From Candidatus Undinarchaeota archaeon (GTDB lineage Archaea > SpSt-1190 > JASMDC01): a DNA stretch of 64,000 nucleotides. How positions within the stretch are numbered: position 1 is the stretch's first letter; each line of letters opens with the position of its first letter. The stretch is from positions 1-64,000 of the forward strand of contig CAZFHY010000007.1 of assembly GCA_964519305.1 (NCBI GenBank), read 5' to 3'. The translations under genes and the position numbers were made by a program. The notes under the pieces were generated by a model. That model was not told the origin of the DNA, ran no database searches, and saw only the letters and a list, made by a program, of their open reading frames with translations. Of the stretch, positions 30,277-40,293 are shown piece by piece.

Positions 30277-30739
30277 AGGTAGGTTCCTCCCGTACTTCCG
30301 GCCGCTCCATGAGCCTGACGGATTCAACCTTGATCGTAACTGGGATGGGCACAGCGGCCTGAACGAGCTCGACGGTGACATCCTGCTTTATCTTGTCGAC
30401 GCGCGTCACTTTAGCCTTCTCGCCCTTGAACGGTCCCGATACGAGCTCGATGATATCGCCTTTCTCGATATTAATGACTGTAGGCGTTGCTGTCAGGAAG
30501 TGCTTGACTTCCTCGAACGTGATGGGGGCACGAACGACTCCGCGGGCGTATTGGATGCCTTTGACAGCGTCCTCCACCTGGGATAGTTCGTCCGCTTCGA
30601 TGACAACGTATCCTTTCAGCTGCTTTGGGGCGATGACGGACTTCACACCGATGGCGAGCCTCTTGGCCCTAGCGACGACACGGTCGAGCACCATCTCCTC
30701 GCGGCCGGCGGTTGTCCGTACGGCAAACAGTTCGGTCAT
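30266..30739 (-). CDS. spt5: Transcription elongation factor Spt5/NusG
   Basis: AVRTTAGRE, LKGYVVIEA, KOW motif GDIIELVSGPFKGEKAKV, AVPIPVT. Confidence 0.95.
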   Translation of the reverse strand: MTELFAVRTTAGREEMVLDRVVARAKRLAIGVKSVIAPKQLKGYVVIEADELSQVEDAVKGIQYARGVVRAPITFEEVKHFLTATPTVINIEKGDIIELVSGPFKGEKAKVTRVDKIKQDVTVELVQAAVPIPVTIKVESVRLMERPEVREEPTYDD

Positions 30740-30755
30740 AATGAACACCTAGTTC

Positions 30756-30953
30756 CTATTTTAATGGCATGAGCATGAAAGCGGTCATGATAATAAGACC
30801 GATCGTACCTATGAGCACAATCCCTAGTCCTGTTACTTTCACGACGCCCATGAACTCTTGCCGATCAGGCTTCTTAGTAATGAGAAGCACACGGTAGTAC
30901 TCCCGCAGCTTCTTGCGTATGTCTTTTGAGATCTGTTGTGGTTCAGGAATCAT
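30756..30953 (-). CDS. secE: Protein translocase subunit SecE/Sec61-gamma
   Basis: EYYRVL.ITKKPD..EF....KVTGLG...IG.IG; conserved ftsZ-secE-spt5 order. Confidence 0.93.
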   Translation of the reverse strand: MIPEPQQISKDIRKKLREYYRVLLITKKPDRQEFMGVVKVTGLGIVLIGTIGLIIMTAFMLMPLK

Positions 30954-32070
30954 CAGACTTCCCTTTTGGAGTGATGAACTCGATACCTAGCTCCGACTTC
31001 ATCTCCTCGTTCTTTTTAGCCTGGAAGGTCCGCTCCGGTGCGAAGATCTGAGGTGAGCTCACGCCGGTGACGATGAGCATGACGCGAACGGTCTGCTGCA
31101 TCTCCTTTGCCAACTGGGCCCCCCAGATTATCCTTGCATCTGGTGCGAGCTTCTGGGAGATAGCGGATACGACATCCTTCGCTTCGGTAAGAGTTAGATC
31201 CGGTCCGCCAGAGACGTTGACGAGCGCACCCTTTGCGCCTGTGATATCGACATCTAGGAGCGGATTGTTGATCGCTTTTTCTACGGCCTCCATTGCCCGG
31301 TTCTCGGTATCCGATTCGCCAAGTCCGATCATAGCGAGGCCGCCCTCGTTCATGACCGCCTTGATATCAGCGAAGTCGAGGTTCACGAGACCCGGCCGGG
31401 TCACCAGTTCAGCAATCCCCTTCACGGCGTTGACGAGGATCTCGTCAGCGACCTTGAAAGAGGTGTTGATGGGGACGTTGGGGACAATCTCAAGGAGCTT
31501 GTCGTTGGGGATGAGAATGAGCGTATCGACCACGCTCTGAAGCTTATCCAGTCCGCTGCGGGCGTTCTCGTACCGCTTTGCACCTTCCATCTCGAAAGGC
31601 ATGGTGACGACGGCCACAGTGAGCGCACCGAGCTTCTTTGCGACTTCTGCAATGACGGGTCCGGAGCCAGTGCCCGTTCCCCCGCCGAGACCGCAAGTAA
31701 GGAACACCATGTCGGCACCGTGAAGGGCGTCCTTGATGTCCTGCTCGTTCTCTCTGGCCGCCTCCTCGCCCTTAGATGGGTCGGATCCGGCACCTAGGCC
31801 ATGGGTGATATCCTTTCCAAGGAGTATCTTCTTGTCCGCATCAGAATACAGGAGGTCCTGTGCATCTGTGTTCACGATGATGGTCTCAGCACCTTCTATC
31901 CCGACCTCCATAAGCCGAGTGATGGTGTTGTTACCAGCTCCACCTGCACCGATGACCTTGATAGTCGCTTTTTGATGGCGGAGAAGCTCTTCTAGCTCGG
32001 CATCGATGGTCCTGGTGTGATGGACCTCTTCGTGCATGGGGCCCTCTCCCACTTCGATGATCCTCGTCAT
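30943..32070 (-). CDS. ftsZ: Cell division protein FtsZ (FtsZ1 type)
   Basis: [29 protein letters not shown]-terminal ELGIEFI. Confidence 0.97.
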   Translation of the reverse strand: MTRIIEVGEGPMHEEVHHTRTIDAELEELLRHQKATIKVIGAGGAGNNTITRLMEVGIEGAETIIVNTDAQDLLYSDADKKILLGKDITHGLGAGSDPSKGEEAARENEQDIKDALHGADMVFLTCGLGGGTGTGSGPVIAEVAKKLGALTVAVVTMPFEMEGAKRYENARSGLDKLQSVVDTLILIPNDKLLEIVPNVPINTSFKVADEILVNAVKGIAELVTRPGLVNLDFADIKAVMNEGGLAMIGLGESDTENRAMEAVEKAINNPLLDVDITGAKGALVNVSGGPDLTLTEAKDVVSAISQKLAPDARIIWGAQLAKEMQQTVRVMLIVTGVSSPQIFAPERTFQAKKNEEMKSELGIEFITPKGKSDDS

Positions 32071-32115
32071 TATCAGTTTCCTCCCTATACTAGCGCGTCC
32101 AACGACATGTCCAAG

Positions 32116-32805
32116 TTATTTATTATTACTCTTACGAAACACGTCAAGGAAACGGACCTCGTCCTTCTTGACGTATTCCATGATCTCATTGGCTATTTTA
32201 AGCTTGTAGGAGCGCGGGAATACCGAAGGCTCCTCGGGGACCACGATAGCGACGTCCTTCTTTCCGACAGTGATGTTGAATTCCTCAACCGGGAGGTCGA
32301 GGTTGATCTTGAGGACGGCCTGGACCATTTCCTCTTCCTTCTTCACCTTGTCGCGTACGTCCACCTCGTATACGAGTGTCTTGCCAGCGAGCGGGTGGTT
32401 GAAGTCAACGACGACTCTACCGCCGCTCACAGACGCAACGGTGCCGCTATCATTGTTCAGAGAGACGCTCATACCGGGGTATGGATTGATCCGCTGTTTC
32501 TTGAACTCCCGCATTGGCACGAGCTTGCGCCTTGAGGGATCTCGAGCACCGAATGCCTGGTCGGGGGGGAGCTCGACTGTCATCGAGCCTCCTACCTTCG
32601 AACCAACGAGCGCGTCTTCAAGACCTTTGATAAGGTGTCCTGCGCCGATGATGATCGTGCGAGGACCATAGCTCCCCTGAGGATCGAACACGTTCTCCTG
32701 ACGTGCCTGCTCCTCGGACGTGAGGTCAAAGACCTTTCCTGTCTCTTTGATTCGACCGACATAGTCCAAGAGTATGAAATCGCCCTTTTCGATTTTTCCT
32801 GCCAT
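32116..32805 (-). CDS. slyD: FKBP-type peptidyl-prolyl isomerase (long archaeal SlyD type)
   Basis: GDFILLDYVGR, VFD.T, GLEDAL, AFGARD, VDFNHPLAGK. Confidence 0.9.
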   Translation of the reverse strand: MAGKIEKGDFILLDYVGRIKETGKVFDLTSEEQARQENVFDPQGSYGPRTIIIGAGHLIKGLEDALVGSKVGGSMTVELPPDQAFGARDPSRRKLVPMREFKKQRINPYPGMSVSLNNDSGTVASVSGGRVVVDFNHPLAGKTLVYEVDVRDKVKKEEEMVQAVLKINLDLPVEEFNITVGKKDVAIVVPEEPSVFPRSYKLKIANEIMEYVKKDEVRFLDVFRKSNNK

Positions 32806-32913
32806 GGTAGTACCACCTCCTATTGGGACAAGGAGCCCCAAAAGGAGAATGACGCAAGAAACCCCTGTTTTTAAAAAAGTATCCCTTCACGCAGGCCGCC
32901 GTCATTTGTTTTT

Positions 32914-33540
32914 TCATTCCGGGTTGTGCGTAACTAATAGGTCGATGAAGTTGTTCACGATGATCTCACCATGGGTGTTGTCCTTTCCATGCTTGTGCAT
33001 TAGATCAGTCACCTCGGGGTGGAACTGAACACACCAGATAGGACGATTATTATGGGCCATCGCTTCCACCGGGCATTGTTTGGATTTTGCGAGTACTTGG
33101 AATCCTGCCGGAACGCGCATAACCTCGTCCTCATGCCATTCGAAAACGAGGACATTTCCAGGGAGATCTTTGAACAGCGGATGGTCCTCGAGCAACTCGA
33201 CCTCGGTAGGTCCTACTGCCTCGCGATACCCTTCCCCCTTTACAGTCAGTCCACCGAAGGCTTCGGCCACGAGCTGGTGTCCAAAGCAGATTGCCAGCAC
33301 TGGACGGTCAGTACTGCTCAGGAGATCGAGCTCACGAACAACCCATTCCTCTTTCCTGATCTCCCTGAGATAAAAATCTGAACCGCAGAGCATGAGGCCT
33401 GACACAATATTGTTGTCGGGCAGCTCACCTTTATCGGCACGGTAGGTCCGATGTGGGATGTCTCGTTTATCGAGGAGTCGGCGTACCTCCTCGATACAGA
33501 CCGTGCCGGGATGGTGCTGTAGCAGCGCCACGGGGAGCAT
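32914..33540 (-). CDS. Class I glutamine amidotransferase (GMP synthase subunit A-like)
   Basis: AICFGHQ catalytic Cys, WHEDEV, VQFHPE. Confidence 0.85.
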   Translation of the reverse strand: MLPVALLQHHPGTVCIEEVRRLLDKRDIPHRTYRADKGELPDNNIVSGLMLCGSDFYLREIRKEEWVVRELDLLSSTDRPVLAICFGHQLVAEAFGGLTVKGEGYREAVGPTEVELLEDHPLFKDLPGNVLVFEWHEDEVMRVPAGFQVLAKSKQCPVEAMAHNNRPIWCVQFHPEVTDLMHKHGKDNTHGEIIVNNFIDLLVTHNPE

Positions 33541-33652
33541 GAGCGCGGGGACGGTAGCTCAGGTTTAAACGTGTTCCGCGCGCGTTGAATCTGGCACTTG
33601 AGTACGTTAATAAATCATGAGACCACAGCCATGATAGATGGTCATCTCTAAG

Positions 33653-33952
33653 ATGCAAGGGGAGACCGTTGACCTCGAGGGGCTCATGGGGCTTTTCTTC
33701 CGTAGCCGATACAAGACTATCGCCATCAAGTCCCTGCAGACACTTCAGCAGAGAAGGATGACGACTAAAGAGCTCGCTGAAGTAATCGGGGAGTCACGTA
33801 CATCTGTGAGTGATGTCGTCAAGCGTATGGAGCGCCTTGGTATACTACAGAGGGAATGGCGATACTCACCGTGGTCCGTTTCCTCCCAGTTAGGGCGAAG
33901 GTTCAACCGGTATTATAACTTCTGGAAACGATTCCACTCCGAATCCATATGA
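33653..33952 (+). CDS. Winged helix-turn-helix transcriptional regulator
   Basis: MTTKELAEVIGESRTSVSDVVKRMERLGIL HTH pattern. Confidence 0.8.
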   Translation: MQGETVDLEGLMGLFFRSRYKTIAIKSLQTLQQRRMTTKELAEVIGESRTSVSDVVKRMERLGILQREWRYSPWSVSSQLGRRFNRYYNFWKRFHSESI

Positions 33953-33956
33953 CCAA

Positions 33957-35870
33957 TCAAGGAATTGGCCTGCGCTTGCGCCTGTTTGTGCCCGGGGTTC
34001 CGGAGACGTCATCGCCATCAGAGTCTCTACTACGACTGCCACTCATGAAATAGGAGTAGATACCATCGGTACCTCGACCTATAGCTCCCGAAGCCTTAGC
34101 ACGTTCAATCTTGCGATGGAACTCCTTGTTCTCGAAGAGCATGGACTCGGATAAATGGAGCTTCTTCAACTCCTTCTCAGAGAGCAGTTCACCCTCTCTC
34201 TCTTTGTGATAAGCACCCGATGCACAGAATGAGCACAGGCCCCCGTGCGTGGCCGGGCGTTTCCCACATTTCTGGCACATCATCGCATACCCCAGTTCCT
34301 TGTCGAAGCGTCCAAGGAGCTTCTCGACGAGTGCTCCGGAGATACCGTACGCGAGCTTAATTCCGCCGACGGCCAGCAACACGGATACTATGAGGACCGC
34401 CATGGCACTAAGAAGGGTGCTCTGTTTGCGCATCTCACGTTTCCCTGAATCGAGGTACACACAGAAATGACCTGAACCGCATTCACCACCAGTTGAACAG
34501 TCATCATCCGAACGGCAACAGTCCATGCCGGTATAGCAGCATAGCCCTTTCGAACAATGACCACTCTTGCAGTTCTGGCTAGATGTGCAGTTAAGGCCGT
34601 CCTTGAGTGTGATACATATCCCGTTCTCGCACAGATATGATCCGCACTGGTCCGCAAAGGTACATGGATTATCGTTCTCTAGACCTGAGCAGGTCATGTT
34701 CCCACACATACCGCTCCTGCACTCGATGTCATAGACACACGCCGAGTTATGGTCGAGCGCGGCGCACTTCCCTGCGATGCAATGATAGCTCGTACACTCG
34801 TGGTCCAGGACACAGTTATCTCCGTTATCGAGAGTGATACAAATCTTCTCGCTACAGTGTCGTGTTGTGCATGCGACGTCCCGGTCACATTGTTCACCAC
34901 GGAGGCCGCGCGCTGCGCAGGTGTCCACCTTACAATACCCACTATAACATTCCTTGTCGGAACCGCATGAGAGTCCGTCCTCGATAAGTTCGCACGTACC
35001 CTGGATGCAGTGGCGAGTCTCACATTCCTTGTCATTCGTGCATTTCTCGCCACGAACACGCAACTGACAGATACCTCCTTTACAGGTAAGGTACTGGGGA
35101 CAGCCACAATCTGTACAGCACGAGTTGTAGTTCTCTGTACCATCGCAGAAACCATCACCACAGAAGAACGTGTAGCATCCGTTTGCTTCTGCCCTGTGAC
35201 GTTCGGGGAGGCAGTGGGAGCCCGTTGAACAAGGGCAGTCCGACGGATCGGTATCGCATCTTTCACCTATGTCAGAATCACATTCATTATCGCCTGCCTT
35301 CGCCCTTCTGAGACAAGTGATGATTGCAGATTGGTCCGCGAGTCGTTTACAGTAGGGGATGGCGGCCGTCTTGTCCGTAAGGAGCAATGTGTTGGCGACT
35401 GCGGTGATGCACGGCCCTTGGAGATCCGGTGTGGTGATGCTCGAGCAGATTGTGCCCGAAACCAAAGGATCATTCTCCACATGGATGTCGGCGATGTCCT
35501 TCAGGCAGCCATCTCTTTCGTTCACAGATCCAATGTCCGTGCATATGTCTGCACCAACATCGATGTGGGTCGTACCTATGTTCTCGCCGACGGACCGCAT
35601 GCAGGTATCGCGGTTCCACTGGCCGTGTCCGTCACGCACGAGTACCTCGCAGAGACCGAGAGATATTTTGAGATAGACCTCCTTCTCATGTTCGTCATTG
35701 GTTCTCCCATAGTACTCGGCCAAGTCACTCGCGTGGTCGAAGTAGCATGTGGCGCGACGACCGGGATGGAGAAATGCTTCACACTCCTCGACCACAGCAT
35801 CCTCCTTTGGTACCTCGCCCACGACAAGGCACAGGATCAATGCGAGGGCGAGAACAGCTCCTCTTCTCAA
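33957..35870 (-). CDS. Exported Cys-rich repeat protein with TM anchor and cytoplasmic zinc finger
   Basis: Signal peptide; five helical Cys-pair repeats; CGDGxC module; seven 25-aa C-x5-C-x4-C-x4-C repeats; TM; CQKC..CSFC. Confidence 0.8.
   Translation of the reverse strand: MRRGAVLALALILCLVVGEVPKEDAVVEECEAFLHPGRRATCYFDHASDLAEYYGRTNDEHEKEVYLKISLGLCEVLVRDGHGQWNRDTCMRSVGENIGTTHIDVGADICTDIGSVNERDGCLKDIADIHVENDPLVSGTICSSITTPDLQGPCITAVANTLLLTDKTAAIPYCKRLADQSAIITCLRRAKAGDNECDSDIGERCDTDPSDCPCSTGSHCLPERHRAEANGCYTFFCGDGFCDGTENYNSCCTDCGCPQYLTCKGGICQLRVRGEKCTNDKECETRHCIQGTCELIEDGLSCGSDKECYSGYCKVDTCAARGLRGEQCDRDVACTTRHCSEKICITLDNGDNCVLDHECTSYHCIAGKCAALDHNSACVYDIECRSGMCGNMTCSGLENDNPCTFADQCGSYLCENGICITLKDGLNCTSSQNCKSGHCSKGLCCYTGMDCCRSDDDCSTGGECGSGHFCVYLDSGKREMRKQSTLLSAMAVLIVSVLLAVGGIKLAYGISGALVEKLLGRFDKELGYAMMCQKCGKRPATHGGLCSFCASGAYHKEREGELLSEKELKKLHLSESMLFENKEFHRKIERAKASGAIGRGTDGIYSYFMSGSRSRDSDGDDVSGTPGTNRRKRRPIP
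34536..35054 (-). repeat. Seven ~75-bp/25-aa four-cysteine repeats
   Basis: From RGEKCTNDKECETRHCIQGTC to DGLNCTSSQNCKSGHCSKGLC. Confidence 0.85.
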
Positions 35871-35984
35871 CGGGACGACGGGGTGTGCAAATCCTTAAAA
35901 AAAGAGGCTTTGGGGTGCATGAACAAGGGGAGCTTGTCCTCCATGGTAGCTTTTTAAAGCTTCATTTGTATTTATTGATGCAAG

Positions 35985-38279
35985 ATGGAGCTACTCGTTC
36001 GGAAAACAGTGCTCCTTTCATTCCTGCTATTCCTAACTGCACTTGGACAAGCGGATAATCCTGATCCTTCGAAGGTGGACATACTCTACGATCACTTCTC
36101 CTTCCAGACCATTATACTCGTCGATTGTCTTTGGGTCCTTTCGTTCTTTCTCATCCTCGTATACACGGCCGAGATAAAACGTCACATAGTCTCGAAACTT
36201 TGGGACTACGTGAGTATGGGGCAGATCCTTTTCCTTATCGGTATAATCTTCATCCAGGCCAGTATATTCTCGACCCCTGTCGATCAGGTCTTCGCGACCG
36301 ACGAGACCGCGCGATTCATGATGGGCTGGGCAAAGATTATCCTTCTTTTCGCAATAGTCATTGCCGGTATCCTCTTCTTCGTCGAATGGCTCGCCATTTT
36401 CAATATTACGCCGACCATCATGTCAACTGGCAATCTTCCCTTTCTCGGATTGTCGATAGTCCTTACGATACTTGGGACCACGATTCCGATCTACTGGCAT
36501 CCAACCATTGTATTTGGGCCTGAGGTCATTCTTTTCCCAATCATTGCGCTCGCAGCGTTCATGGCCGTGACCATTTACTTCACATCGATGGGATTCCTAA
36601 TCCTACGCGAGCTCCCCCAGCTCAGGCGGTTCAAGTGGATGCTGGGATACTCACTTCTCCTGTCTGTGTTCGTTGTTATCGTCGTCGTGGACTTCCTTGC
36701 GTTCTACTCGCAACCAGAGAGCCCCATACCTCAGAACGTTGTATTCTTCGTCTTTGCGGGGATCAGCTTTCTCTTTGCAGGGTATGTGCTCGAGACAAAG
36801 GCAGTAGTCATCTTCGCTCAACAGTTCATCGTTAAGGAGAAGAAGGAGCACAACGTGAGCGGCACCCGCATAGGCTACGTCCTCGATAATCTGGCGAAGA
36901 AGTTCATGCGAACGACAAAGCTTGAATCGATCGTTGAGTCCAATTCTATCGAGGGTCTAGAATTCAGTGTGAAAGAAAGGTCGTTCATATTAGATGGGAT
37001 TGAAATCGATGATGAAAAGAACCAGGAAAAGTTGTCCCGACTATTCCTCGATATGTGGGACCTCATTATCGATTCAAGTCCACCGGAAACCATAACGGAT
37101 TATGATACCGTTGCGCTCCGTAATGAGTTCAAGGCAGAACTGTCTAGTGCAGAGGACAAACTACCGCCTCCTATTGCAGGCCGGATCCTTCCCCCGCGAA
37201 TGATACTTAAGGGTATGCTCGATGATATCGTGAACACGTTCTATCGCCTGTTTCCCGAGAGTAAGGAGTTCGGTTCACAAGTAAGTAAAAGCGTCAAGAA
37301 GGCGTTCGGCCCGGAGCATCTTAGGACCCTTGAGAAACTCGAGCGGTTCGATCCCGAGACCTATCTGGACAGATTGGAGATCAAGGATGATGAGGAGCTT
37401 ATTGCACGTGTATCCCGTGACTATCTGACCTTCTACCGACATGTCTGTAAGACCGCGAAAAAGATGGTAGACCGAAAGCGAGCTAGGGAACTGATCAGCC
37501 AGGCGATAGAGGATGCTGCACAGAATCCGATATATATCTCATCAGGTCTTTCGGATATGATTGGTAATGCGCTCTTCGCGACCGAACACTCATGGGGGAA
37601 CAACGTACTTGATCGCGAGTTCGAATTGCTTAACGCCTCATATTCCGTCATGACGTCGTTCCCACCCGACTTCTTCAAAGAACAGTTCTATGCGAGTATG
37701 ATCGATCGCAGCATCAAGCACCACAGGAATGCTATCTGGATAACTTCGACAAAACTTTCAGTGGTCAAACACCTCCTCGCTGAGAACATGAACGTCGAGG
37801 AACACCTCGATAATAACCGTCTCAAACTGCTCATACTGGATCCAAACTTGGAGGAGGCTGTTGAAAAAGGCCATAATTGCTACCTTGTTCCTCCAGGATT
37901 CAACAAGCTCGCCATGCAGTCAAAGATCGTGCTTGAAGACCTTCCCCCGAGTGGGAACGTTGTCGTGCTCGAACTACCAATAACGGCCATGAAGGCAGAG
38001 ACCACGCTCCTGTATAAGTTCATCTACCATATCAAGTCGATGTGCGAGAAGTATAACGCGACGCTCGTCATCGGTGTGAATCCAGTAATCCTTTCAGAAG
38101 AGGATATGGGGATGTTCAAGAACATCTGTGAAATCACAATCGAGGTCAAAGATGACATCATGAATATCCATCGCATGGACGGCCCCCGAGCTGCTGTCGA
38201 AGTAGCTGAGCAGAGCGGGATGCTCATGTATCGTCCGAAGGAGAAATCTGAAAAACCAAAAGACAATAGTGAAGCATAG
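35985..38279 (+). CDS. Multi-TM protein with C-terminal degenerate KaiC/RecA-like ATPase fold
   Basis: About 8 N-terminal hydrophobic helices; C-domain strand order (AIWIT, LKLLILD, VVVLE, ATLVIG, CEITIEV) without an intact Walker A. Confidence 0.6.
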   Translation: MELLVRKTVLLSFLLFLTALGQADNPDPSKVDILYDHFSFQTIILVDCLWVLSFFLILVYTAEIKRHIVSKLWDYVSMGQILFLIGIIFIQASIFSTPVDQVFATDETARFMMGWAKIILLFAIVIAGILFFVEWLAIFNITPTIMSTGNLPFLGLSIVLTILGTTIPIYWHPTIVFGPEVILFPIIALAAFMAVTIYFTSMGFLILRELPQLRRFKWMLGYSLLLSVFVVIVVVDFLAFYSQPESPIPQNVVFFVFAGISFLFAGYVLETKAVVIFAQQFIVKEKKEHNVSGTRIGYVLDNLAKKFMRTTKLESIVESNSIEGLEFSVKERSFILDGIEIDDEKNQEKLSRLFLDMWDLIIDSSPPETITDYDTVALRNEFKAELSSAEDKLPPPIAGRILPPRMILKGMLDDIVNTFYRLFPESKEFGSQVSKSVKKAFGPEHLRTLEKLERFDPETYLDRLEIKDDEELIARVSRDYLTFYRHVCKTAKKMVDRKRARELISQAIEDAAQNPIYISSGLSDMIGNALFATEHSWGNNVLDREFELLNASYSVMTSFPPDFFKEQFYASMIDRSIKHHRNAIWITSTKLSVVKHLLAENMNVEEHLDNNRLKLLILDPNLEEAVEKGHNCYLVPPGFNKLAMQSKIVLEDLPPSGNVVVLELPITAMKAETTLLYKFIYHIKSMCEKYNATLVIGVNPVILSEEDMGMFKNICEITIEVKDDIMNIHRMDGPRAAVEVAEQSGMLMYRPKEKSEKPKDNSEA

Positions 38280-38315
38280 TCATCTTCGATGGTCTTCAAA
38301 GGCCGACTAGATAAA

Positions 38316-38562
38316 TCATCTACTCGTACCCATGACTTCTGAGAGCATCTTCTCCAGTTGTGTCAGCCGACCGCGCATTTCCGTCACGTCTGCCTCAAGC
38401 GTAGAGATCTGGACGCTTTGATCACGGTTCTCCTTCCGTAATGTCTTGGCCCTCTCCCTAAGGTCGAGTCTTTGCTCTCGAAGGGAGGCAAGGTTGTTCT
38501 TGATATTACCGTGAGCCTCATCAACGATCCCTTGTACCGGGTCCTTTTGATTCGTTCCCATG
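38316..38562 (-). CDS. Small coiled-coil protein
   Basis: Heptad pattern LASLREQRLDLRERAKTLRKEN..LEADVTEMRGRLTQLEKML; start uncertain. Confidence 0.55.
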
Positions 38563-38583
38563 AGATGTGACGCCTTCCTTTCG

Positions 38584-39597
38584 CTAGGGACCACGTGCTG
38601 CGATGGACTCGAGTTTCGCTAGCATCTTGGAGTACTTTTCATGTTGTTGATCATACTGAGCCTCATTGATCTTTTCCTCGAGAAGGAGGTCATCAAGTTT
38701 CTCGATCTTTGCCTTAACCTTTGGGATGACAGCACGCGCATACTCGGGAGTGACCTTTCGTTTGCCGGGATCAGTGGGTGCAGGGGTAGTTACTGCTGGT
38801 CGAGGTGCAGGTTCCGGCTTGGTCGCAGGAGCAACGGGCGCAGGGGTGCTTGCGTTGTCAGCCTCCTCTGCGTCGAGGACATCTCCAAATGGATCTTCAG
38901 AGTCCACTACGGGCGGCGCAGCTGTCTTGACGGGAGCAGCGGCCGCATCCAGGAGGTCGCCTACGAGGTCTCCAGTCGCGGGCGGTGCCCGAGTGGGTTC
39001 TACGACCTTCCTTATGGTGGGTTGGACCCTTTGAACGGTCGGAGCCCTTTGGCGTTGGCCCCGTGTCTGGATCATCGTCTTGCCACGGGACCGGATGAAA
39101 GTATGCCAAGCTTCAGCATAATGTTCCTCATCGAACACGATCGACACCCTACCATGGGGCGTTAGAGCATCTAGTTGAGTTCCCGCGTAGGCGATCTTTG
39201 AAATGGCCTCTAGCTGTGTTCGATAAAGACCGCCTGACTCCTCATCCTGAAAATAAAACGCACGGTCCGTGAGGCACTCCGTAATCACTTTCCGGCTTAT
39301 GATGGTCCCTTTGGACGTCATGGCGAATGCACCAACAATGATCGCACCGTATACGACAATCCCTAATACTTTGAAAATCACCAGGAATACAAGTGCGAGG
39401 ACTACTGCGGCGCCAGCAGCTACTTGCATGTTATTCTTGACATAGGTTACCGATGGTGGTTCTTCTTGGCTATCTATCTCGAGCTTCTCTCGAACATATG
39501 CGATACGCTCATCCGGTAGAACATCTGGAACGATATCTGACGCGTTATCAATTTCAGATGTGCCTTGTGGGACCTCAGAGGAAGCTATCTTGCTCAC
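38584..39597 (-). CDS. 2-TM protein with bPH-like domain, Pro/Ala linker and SHOCT-like C-terminus
   Basis: CLTDRAFY, P/A/T-rich linker, KIEKLDDLLLEEKINEAQYDQ. Confidence 0.65.
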   Translation of the reverse strand: MSKIASSEVPQGTSEIDNASDIVPDVLPDERIAYVREKLEIDSQEEPPSVTYVKNNMQVAAGAAVVLALVFLVIFKVLGIVVYGAIIVGAFAMTSKGTIISRKVITECLTDRAFYFQDEESGGLYRTQLEAISKIAYAGTQLDALTPHGRVSIVFDEEHYAEAWHTFIRSRGKTMIQTRGQRQRAPTVQRVQPTIRKVVEPTRAPPATGDLVGDLLDAAAAPVKTAAPPVVDSEDPFGDVLDAEEADNASTPAPVAPATKPEPAPRPAVTTPAPTDPGKRKVTPEYARAVIPKVKAKIEKLDDLLLEEKINEAQYDQQHEKYSKMLAKLESIAARGP

Positions 39598-40234
39598 CTC
39601 CGCTGGCCATGCCGCCCACCTCGAGTTTACGATCCATGAGGTCTACGATAATGTTATTGATCGTTTGGACATCTGCTATCTTGCTCAGCTCTCTGATGTC
39701 ACCAAGCACATCGGTGACGTACACGCTCCCGAAACCGGTGTAGAGGTTGAATTCGGTCGTGAGCTCAACGATGTCCTTGACTTTCACTTCCTCTCCCTCT
39801 GGTCGGAAGATTATTCGCTGATCTGTGATGATGTATGTTCTATCTTGAACGTCGATCCGGTGGACCGTGCGTTCACCCATCATCGGAAGGAATTGTTTGG
39901 CCTCCTTTCCGGTCATGGCCGTCTTGGTCTTATCCGGAGGTTCCCCGATGATGAATGCGAGGACGATGAGCACTCCACCCAATCCCATGAACTGCTTTGC
40001 GTTCTTGATGGCCTTGTCACCGGCCTCATAGAGACTCTTCATGATGGTCACTACGGGCGAGCTGCCCATCCCCGCGGGCATAGAGGAATCGCTCATGACC
40101 TCCTCCATGTTGTCCACCTGCTCCTTGAGCATGGATAGTACCTTCTCCCGGATCAGATCACCCTGGGAAGAAAGGAAAGCGCCAACTATGATGATGACGA
40201 TTCCCATGATGAGTATGGGTTTGTTAGAACCCAT
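39575..40234 (-). CDS. 2-TM protein with bacterial PH-like domain
   Basis: YIITDQRIIF..V.VKDI....TGFGSVYV pattern. Confidence 0.65.
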   Translation of the reverse strand: MGSNKPILIMGIVIIIVGAFLSSQGDLIREKVLSMLKEQVDNMEEVMSDSSMPAGMGSSPVVTIMKSLYEAGDKAIKNAKQFMGLGGVLIVLAFIIGEPPDKTKTAMTGKEAKQFLPMMGERTVHRIDVQDRTYIITDQRIIFRPEGEEVKVKDIVELTTEFNLYTGFGSVYVTDVLGDIRELSKIADVQTINNIIVDLMDRKLEVGGMASGGEQDSFL

Positions 40235-40293
40235 AGGACGGGGGATGCGGACTACCTTTAAAAAGATGTCCCCCGCTGCGCTGCTTTCTTCTT

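Noticed and set aside
30277-30381. N-terminal extension of the listed 126-aa uL11 ORF
   Set aside because: It lies inside spt5 in another frame and has no similarity to the uL11 NTD
33545-33585. tRNA-like start GGGACGGTAGCTCAGG
   Set aside because: No D-stem complement, anticodon arm or T arm; it overlaps a TATA box
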